DNA of 61,800 nt, the filler included, from Chthonomonadaceae bacterium (GTDB taxonomy: Bacteria > Armatimonadota > Chthonomonadetes > Chthonomonadales > Chthonomonadaceae): the NCBI GenBank assembly GCA_035650735.1. It is 3 parts of 3 records of this genome, joined end to end, with 100 filler letters (N's around TTAATTAATTAA, not from the genome) between each part and the next. Parts side by side here need not be neighbours in the genome. Positions count along the whole stretch, not along the records: positions 45,697 to 61,800 come from DASRGZ010000086.1; 2 more parts are not named here. One strand, given 5' to 3'. The stretch's first letter is position 1; each line of letters starts with the position of its first letter. Below the pieces are notes generated by a model. The model did not search any database, was not told the origin of the DNA, and was given only the letters and a program-made list of their open reading frames with translations. Positions 55,507 through 61,800 of the stretch are shown piece by piece. Both the position numbers and the translations under genes were made by a program.

Positions 55507-56093
55507 ATGGACAGCCTCCAGGCGCAGTTACAGACTGAGGTCGCGCAAATCCTTGCCCTCCTTACCGAGCTTACCGGACTGCCCTCACGTTGGAGTGGCA
55601 AAGTACCACTCGTAGTACAGGCTGATTTCAAGGGGCGCAAGCCTTTCTCTTGTGATATTCTGCTCGATGCCGAGCTTTGCCAATCTGACCTGCGCTGGCC
55701 CACTATCATCCATGAGGCGTTTCATGCCATTTCTGCAGGTTACCATCCGACCGACTACCGTGCATTTCGGGGTGGGAGGAGGGAGTAGTCGAGCAATTAC
55801 AACACCTGTTTCGTAGCGACATCCTTGCCCGCCTTCAAATCGCTTTTGATGCTCAGGAATTTAGCGAAAATGACGAACGACATAAGTATAATGACTACAT
55901 TCTCGCCCTGGAGCGACTGCGTAACATCCTTTCCCTGGTACCAGAGGCGTTTTATCTTGAACTGCTCAAAACGCCCATCAAAGACCGCCCTGCCTTCGTC
56001 TTAGGGCGCGGCTACCAACTGGACGAGCAGCCGTTAGTCGAATTTGTCCGAGTTTTTTCTGCCTGTAATGCTACGCTCAAAGGCTTTATCTGA
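55507..56093 (+). pseudogene. Frameshifted HExxH (gluzincin-like) metallopeptidase, ~195 aa if repaired
   Basis: IIHEAFH in 55507..55788; adding 1 G at ~55771 continues GWEEGVVEQL...KGFI* to 56093; promoter TTGTCC-17-TATAAT ends 6 nt before the ATG. Confidence 0.6.
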
Positions 56094-56107
56094 GGGAGTT
56101 ACCGACG

Positions 56108-56335
56108 ATGTAAATTGATCGAGAGGAAGCGCGCCGCTGTTTGACCCGGCAAGTTCTCAGCGCCAAAACGCTTCCTGAAATCGAAGCGGCCAAACAAGCC
56201 CTGCGCAATTGGATCACAACCTACCCAGAAGAAAGGGAATGGATGCGCGACGGCTTCGCGCAGCTTGCGCAGATGCAAGAGATTGCTGAAATTGAGGAGG
56301 CAGAACCTACCAGTCCAACTGAGTGCGTCCTCTAG
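56108..56335 (+). pseudogene. Small helical protein, copy 1 (ATG immediately followed by TAA)
   Basis: GAGGGAG RBS; M*IDREEARRCLTRQVLSAKTLPEIEAAKQALRNWI..YPEE.EW. Confidence 0.5.
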
Positions 56336-56421
56336 AAGTGTTCGCTGGCGCAGCGGAGGATCTCTATGGACTAAGTGGCCGCATTTTCGCGTGCCAGCGT
56401 TATCTTGTGGAGGAGACTCCT

Positions 56422-56691
56422 ATGACCACCCAACTCTATGAAGCGCGCGAACGCCTGCATAACCAGGTACTCGATGCGACGACCCTGCCCGAAATCGTGG
56501 CCGCCAGACAAGCTCTGCGCGACTGGATTCGAGCGCACCCGGAAGATGAGTGGCTGCTTGTCCCCTTCCTGCTTTCTCCACTTGTGAAGATCGCTGGAAC
56601 ACTCTGTGCTGAGACCCCCGTTATTTATTGTGGGGTTGTGTGCAGCGGCAGTACAGCGGGCGTCCTGACTGGACATCCCCATCCGCTCTGA
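56422..56691 (+). CDS. Small helical protein, copy 2 (paralog, C-terminus diverged)
   Basis: GGAGGAG RBS; EARERLHNQVLDATTLPEIVAARQALRDWIRAHPEDEW. Confidence 0.5.
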   Translation: MTTQLYEARERLHNQVLDATTLPEIVAARQALRDWIRAHPEDEWLLVPFLLSPLVKIAGTLCAETPVIYCGVVCSGSTAGVLTGHPHPL

Positions 56692-56751
56692 ATCTATCGG
56701 CGCGCCCTCTGGGGCCGCAGGCAAGCGTGGAACCGAACAGGAGAACGGAAA

Positions 56752-56961
56752 ATGGCTGTCACGAGCTACGAAAAGCGCGTCCTCTGCGATAACTGCGGCC
56801 GCTGGGTCAGCCGCACGCGGGTGGATGCCGCGACCTTTGAGCGCCTTGTCCGGCAACAGGACCCTGATGAGGAGGATCTCTTCGAGGAGGAGTACGAACA
56901 TCCGGTGGCGGTAGTGGTGACGCACGTTCCCGTCTGCGGACACTGCCAGGAAGCAACCTGA
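56752..56961 (+). CDS. Small zinc-ribbon protein
   Basis: AGGAG RBS; CDNC...CGHC with acidic linker. Confidence 0.6.
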   Translation: MAVTSYEKRVLCDNCGRWVSRTRVDAATFERLVRQQDPDEEDLFEEEYEHPVAVVVTHVPVCGHCQEAT

Positions 56962-57042
56962 GTCCCTGCCCTCACCGAGAAAGGGGCCGCAGCCCCTGCC
57001 CTGCAAAGAAGGGAATTCTGGTAGTCAAAGGAGGGAGCCACG

Positions 57043-57297
57043 ATGCGCCTGACCTATTCTGAATACCTCCAGTTTTGCAAGCGCTATTACTGCACGTTCT
57101 GGCCGGACGAAGAGTTCCGCGTGCCGGTCGAGGTGGAAGCTCCGGATGGTTCGGGCATCTGGACGGCCTATATCTCCGGCAAGCGGTTTCACGAGGCCCT
57201 AAACTGGATCGCGCAGCAGCGCCGCCAGCCCACGACGACGCCAGCCGTTCCGACGCCGGCGCCAGCCCCGGTCGTCATCACACAAAAGGCAGCTTAA
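57043..57297 (+). CDS. Hypothetical protein
   Basis: AAGGAGG RBS; typical codon usage; Pro/Thr tail. Confidence 0.65.
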   Translation: MRLTYSEYLQFCKRYYCTFWPDEEFRVPVEVEAPDGSGIWTAYISGKRFHEALNWIAQQRRQPTTTPAVPTPAPAPVVITQKAA

Positions 57298-57323
57298 TAG
57301 CTGGGAGGTCTCGTGTTCCTGAT

Positions 57324-59732
57324 CTAAAGCAGGCGGTCGGGGGGCGTGAGGGCAGCTTCATCGGTACTGCGGAGGCGTTCGGCCAGGCGCGTGTAGCGGC
57401 GGGTCGTCTTGTCGTTCCTGACGGCCCGCCCGATGGCCCGCTTGTCCCCCACCAGCAGGCACAGGTTGCGCGCCCGCGTCAGGCCCGTATAGAGCAGGTT
57501 GCGCTGGAGCATCATATACTGGCTCGAATGCAGCACTAAAATGACAGCTTTGTACTCTGAGCCTTGACTTTTATGGATGGACAAAGCGTAGGCAAGTTGA
57601 AGCTCGTCGTAGTCGGCGAAGTCGTACTCGACGATGCCTTCCGGGAAGCGCACCGTCAGCAGTTGGTCTTCGGGCTTGATGTCGGCAATAACTCCCACGT
57701 CGCCGTTGTAAACGTTCTTGTCGTAGTTATTGACAAGCTGGATAACGCGGTCGCCAATGCGGAAGCGGCGGGAGCCGCGCACCAGCTCCGGGCGGCGTCC
57801 GGTGGGGTCGGCGGGATTGAGGGCATCCTGTAACCGCTCGTTGAGGTAGCCGACGCCGAGCGTGCCTTTGTGCATGGCTGAAAGTACCTGAATGTCGTCG
57901 CCCCGATATCCGAGCGCGGGCAGCGACCTGCGCACCAGCTTGACCACCTGCTCGGCCCCCACCTCAGCGCCGCTCTTGACCAGAATGCGCAGCGGGAACC
58001 CCTCCGGATCGGGCATCCCATCGGGATTTAGCTCTCCCTTTGTGCGCATCTCCTCCAACTCCTGAGGCGTTGGCTCGCGCGTGAGGTCTTCGACCTCGAC
58101 AAACAGGCAGTTATAGCTCCCTCGCTCTTTGGGCGGGACGAGCAGGGGAAACTCGCCCTTGCGAATGCGGTGCACGTTGGTGACGATCAGGCTCTCCTGC
58201 GCCTGCCGGAACACCTGCGTTAGCCGGATGGAGGGTACCACGCCGGAATCCAGCAGGTCGCCAAGCACGTTGCCTGCCCCGACCGACGGCAGTTGATCGC
58301 TGTCGCCGACGAAGACGATCTGCGCGCCTTCCGGCACGGCTTTGAGCAGGTTGTTGGCCAGCACCGCATCCAGCATAGAAACCTCGTCCACGATCAGCAC
58401 GTCGCAGGGCAGCGGGTTGGTCTCGTTGTACTGGAAGCTGTGGGTGGCCGGGTCGAATTTGAGCAGGCGGTGAATGGTCTGCGCGTCCCGCCCGGTCACC
58501 TCCGAGAGCCGCTTGGCGGCGCGTCCGGTCGGCGAGACCAGCAGCAGCCGCTTCTTCTGGGCCTCAAAGGCGCGGGCGATCAGGTTTGTGACCGTGGTTT
58601 TACCAGTCCCCGGGCCGCCGGTCAGGACGAGGATGCGGTTTTCCAGGGCCAGCGCGACCGCCTGCTTCTGCTCCTCCGAGAGCGCAATCCCCTGCGCCTG
58701 CTCCTGCTTTTCCAGCCAGGCCCGGATCTTCTCCTGCGAGAGCGGCTTGCCCGGCGGCGTGCTCAGGCGGCGGCGGATCTGTGCGGCCAGGCCGATCTCC
58801 GTATAGTAGAGCGCAGGATGGTAGAGGGCGCGCATGGGACGGCCCGCCATCTCCACCTCCGGCATGTCCTCGGCCAGCACCGCCTGCGATGCGACCATCG
58901 TCTCCAGCACGGGCACGAGCTTCTCCGGCTCCACGCCCAATATCTCCGCCGCCGATTGCAGCAGCTTCGGCTCCGGCAGGTAGAGATGGCCGAACTCGGT
59001 CGCCTCCGAGAGCGTGTAGAGCAGGCCCGCCTCCAGCCGCCGCTCGCTGTCGGGCGCAATGCCGAGTTGCTGGGCGATCTTGTCGGCGGTTTTGAAGCCG
59101 ATGCCCCAGATGTCCTGCGCCAGTCGGTAGGGATTTTCCGTGACGGTGGCGATGGCCTTGTCGCCGTAGGTCTTGTAGATTTTAACGGCGTAGGTCGCCG
59201 AGACGCCCTTCTCCTGGAGAAAGAGCATGACGTTGCGAATCTCGCGCTGCTCGTCCCACGCCTTTTGAATCATCTGAACGCGCTTCTCGCCAATGCCCTC
59301 CACGCGCAGCAGCTTGCGCGGCTCCTGCTCGATGATGTCGAGGGTATCCAGTCCGAATAGGTCCACCATGCGCTTCGCCATGACTGGCCCGATGCCCTTG
59401 ATCAGGCCGCTGCCCAGATATTTCTCAATGGCAAAGGCGGTGGCGGGTTTCGAGGTGCTGTGGCGCTCGACGGCAAACTGTCGCCCGAACGCCCGGTGCG
59501 TCACCCAGCGCCCCTCGCAGAACAGGCACTCGCCGACGATGGGGTTGGAGAAGTTGCCGATGATGGTAACGAGGTCGCGCGCGCCTTCCACGGCGAGGCG
59601 GGCGACGGTGTAGCCGTTCTCTTCGTTGTGGAAGGTGATGCGCTCCAGGATGCCCGTCAGTGACTCTAACGGATACGGGCGCGGGGCCTCCGCAGCGGGC
59701 ACAGATTGGGGTGAGCGAGCAGTCTCCGGCAT
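57324..59732 (-). CDS. recD2: ATP-dependent RecD-like DNA helicase RecD2
   Basis: GIGP..A HhH, NPYRL, GIGFKTAD, TGGPGTGKT, PTGRAAKR, DEVSM, GD.DQLPSVG, HKSQGSE, YTGLTRA. Confidence 0.95.
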   Translation of the reverse strand: MPETARSPQSVPAAEAPRPYPLESLTGILERITFHNEENGYTVARLAVEGARDLVTIIGNFSNPIVGECLFCEGRWVTHRAFGRQFAVERHSTSKPATAFAIEKYLGSGLIKGIGPVMAKRMVDLFGLDTLDIIEQEPRKLLRVEGIGEKRVQMIQKAWDEQREIRNVMLFLQEKGVSATYAVKIYKTYGDKAIATVTENPYRLAQDIWGIGFKTADKIAQQLGIAPDSERRLEAGLLYTLSEATEFGHLYLPEPKLLQSAAEILGVEPEKLVPVLETMVASQAVLAEDMPEVEMAGRPMRALYHPALYYTEIGLAAQIRRRLSTPPGKPLSQEKIRAWLEKQEQAQGIALSEEQKQAVALALENRILVLTGGPGTGKTTVTNLIARAFEAQKKRLLLVSPTGRAAKRLSEVTGRDAQTIHRLLKFDPATHSFQYNETNPLPCDVLIVDEVSMLDAVLANNLLKAVPEGAQIVFVGDSDQLPSVGAGNVLGDLLDSGVVPSIRLTQVFRQAQESLIVTNVHRIRKGEFPLLVPPKERGSYNCLFVEVEDLTREPTPQELEEMRTKGELNPDGMPDPEGFPLRILVKSGAEVGAEQVVKLVRRSLPALGYRGDDIQVLSAMHKGTLGVGYLNERLQDALNPADPTGRRPELVRGSRRFRIGDRVIQLVNNYDKNVYNGDVGVIADIKPEDQLLTVRFPEGIVEYDFADYDELQLAYALSIHKSQGSEYKAVILVLHSSQYMMLQRNLLYTGLTRARNLCLLVGDKRAIGRAVRNDKTTRRYTRLAERLRSTDEAALTPPDRLL

Positions 59733-59890
59733 GGTTCTTCTCAGCGCATGGATGTCTCCTTTAGTATACTACATGCGCGCCGGCCCTGCCGGAACCGCCG
59801 TGACCGTTCGCTCTCCCCAGAAGCCAAGGATGCCTGAAATGCCCCGGCTGGGTCAGGAATCTACCCGACCGGGGCGTTTCGCGCCTAGAC

Positions 59891-60976
59891 TTAAAACTGC
59901 GTGTGCGATTGCAGCCAGAACACGTTGCGTCCGTTGGCCCGCGCGTAGCCGGTCTCCAGCCCCAGTTGGGGCGTCAGGCGGTATCCCAGGCCCACCAGCG
60001 CGCTGCTGCTGTGGCCCAACTCCCCCGTGGAATCGTGCCAGTAGTAGGCTCCCACGAACGGCTGCCAGTTGCCCAGCTTGGTCAGGGCCAGCTTCCCATA
60101 AACAAACTGGAACGGCTGGGAAGAGCCTGCGACAAAGTCATACTCGGCGCTGAGCTGTAGGCCGCTCCACTCCTGGCTGAAATCCAGGCCGTACGCCATC
60201 GTGTGCGACGTGGAGTACGTCAGGCCACGGCCCAATCCGACGGAGACCCCCAGCGTGGATTGCGGGCCTACCCTGCGCCCGACGCGCAGATAGGCGTTGG
60301 GCGTGCGCCGGCCCTGATCGTACTGGAGCGAGGTCGTATAGTCCATGCGCCCATGCGCCTGTCGGTACATGAGGCCGTACTTAGGCTCATATTCCCACTC
60401 CTGGGAGGCAAAGGGCACATAGAATTTGCCGGCAGTGAACTCACCTCCCGCCCCGTGAAAGCTGTAGTACGCCTCGACCGGCTCATGCAGTGGCGTGCCG
60501 CGTCCCGTATAGAGGTCGCCGATGCCCACGGCCACATGAACGGCCTGGTCCTCCCGATGGCTCCAATCCAGCGAGAGCGTGGAAGGCAACGCGAAGCCAG
60601 CCCCGGCCCAGGCGCCATCGGTGTTGCGCGCGGTCGGCCCGTTGATATTGGTCAGGCCGAAATACAGGTTCGCATGGAACTGAAGCGCTGTGGCCGCTCG
60701 CCGGGGCGCCGGCGCTGTCGCCTCCGTGGTTGCGCCTGGAGCGCCCGCAGCCGCCGGTTTTGCCGGGACCGTCTCCGCCGCGCCGGGCACGCTGGCGCTT
60801 TCCGCAGCAGGCTTGCTCACCGCGGGCGCCGTGCCGGACGCCGAAGCCACCAGTGGCTTTTCTGCGGGCGCACCGGCTTCCGAATTATCGGCCCACGCCC
60901 AGATAGGAAGCAACAGGACGCCGCAGAGGCTGCCTATCATCACATACCTGAGTTTCTTGCTTATCCCTCTACTCAT
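59891..60976 (-). CDS. Putative outer-membrane beta-barrel protein
   Basis: Signal peptide, Ala/Pro linker, amphipathic beta strands, GKFYVPF, terminal F. Confidence 0.6.
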   Translation of the reverse strand: MSRGISKKLRYVMIGSLCGVLLLPIWAWADNSEAGAPAEKPLVASASGTAPAVSKPAAESASVPGAAETVPAKPAAAGAPGATTEATAPAPRRAATALQFHANLYFGLTNINGPTARNTDGAWAGAGFALPSTLSLDWSHREDQAVHVAVGIGDLYTGRGTPLHEPVEAYYSFHGAGGEFTAGKFYVPFASQEWEYEPKYGLMYRQAHGRMDYTTSLQYDQGRRTPNAYLRVGRRVGPQSTLGVSVGLGRGLTYSTSHTMAYGLDFSQEWSGLQLSAEYDFVAGSSQPFQFVYGKLALTKLGNWQPFVGAYYWHDSTGELGHSSSALVGLGYRLTPQLGLETGYARANGRNVFWLQSHTQF

Positions 60977-61266
60977 GCCTCAACTCCCTCGCCAATTCTC
61001 TCTTACTACAAAGCTCTCTTCCGGATTAAGCGCCTGAGCGTAGCCTTCCCTTTGCTCTTCCCAGGCGAGACCTCACAAATTTAATCCAGTGCGATTATCG
61101 CCATTTGCCCGTAAAATTTCAGATACCAGAGGCATAACGCCACGAAAAATAGGGGCAGGCGAGTACCATAAAGGAGGTATTGACGCGCTCTTTTCCGAAA
61201 TCCACCGCGAAATGGCGGCGATAAGGTTGCAGGTTGCCTGTATTGCAGCGTGAGGAGGAGACAGCG

Positions 61267-61800
61267 ATGGAATACCGGGCGTTAGGGCGTACAGGCGTTC
61301 AGGTCAGCGTGCTGTGCCTGGGATGCATGAACTGGGGGGATACCCAGAGCGGTACCAGCGAAGAGGACTCGATCCGTATCATGCACCGGGCGATGGAGGC
61401 GGGCATCAACTTCTTCGACACCGCCAACGTCTACAGCCGGGGCGTCAGCGAGGAGATCACCGGCAAGGCGCTGGCAATGGACGGGCGGCGCGACCGCGTG
61501 TTTGTGGCCACCAAATTTTACAATCGAATGAGCGATACCGACCCCAACGCCTGGGGAGGGCACCGCTTCCATATCCTCAAGGCGTGCGAGGACAGCCTGC
61601 GCCGCCTCCAGACCGACCACATTGACCTCTATCAGATGCACCGTCCCCACCCCTCCATCCCCATTGACGAGACCCTGCGCGCCCTGGACGACCTCATCCG
61701 GCAGGGCAAGGTGCGCTATATCGGCACCAGCACCTTCGCCGCCTGGCAGGTCGTCGAAAGCCTCTGGGCCTCTAAGGAATTGGGCCTGAACCGCTTTGTC
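61267..61800 (+). CDS. Aldo/keto reductase, runs off the window end
   Basis: GAGGAGG RBS; MEYRALGRTGVQVSVLCLG, GINFFDTANVY, ATK, SLRRLQTDHIDLYQMH, GKVRYIG. Confidence 0.92.
   Translation, partial: MEYRALGRTGVQVSVLCLGCMNWGDTQSGTSEEDSIRIMHRAMEAGINFFDTANVYSRGVSEEITGKALAMDGRRDRVFVATKFYNRMSDTDPNAWGGHRFHILKACEDSLRRLQTDHIDLYQMHRPHPSIPIDETLRALDDLIRQGKVRYIGTSTFAAWQVVESLWASKELGLNRFV

Overview
GC-rich bacterial chromosomal window, probably Armatimonadota (inferred only from gene content such as the prepilin/DUF1559-type N-terminus). It is three contigs joined by two artificial N/TTAATTAATTAA linkers (24916-25015, 45597-45696). Housekeeping genes: prfB (with the classic CTT-TGA-C +1 frameshift), TIGR03960/TIGR03936 radical-SAM pair, RNase E/G, glnD, ppc, pyrD, clpB, recD2. 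Accessory content: glycan genes (eukaryote-type UDP-galactopyranose mutase, glycosyltransferases, GH1-like pair, O-antigen ligase, TylF), secreted and metal-binding proteins, hicBA, IS remnants, REP/MITE repeats, and a degenerate group II intron in a DinB-family gene with a second 5'-truncated intron nested in its domain V. The most striking signal is a cas-less type I-E CRISPR mini-array (two 29-nt repeats, one 19-nt spacer). It lies between a near-consensus sigma70 promoter and prfB, and its spacer is complementary, with only G-U wobbles, to the sequence just 5' of the prfB Shine-Dalgarno. Other candidates: an apparent fused antitoxin-RelE-like protein, a transglutaminase-DcaP porin fusion with an upstream 36-aa peptide ORF, a prepilin-Phi1-like fusion, and a decaying HExxH-protease/small-protein module. 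All calls are by eye; no database searches were run.
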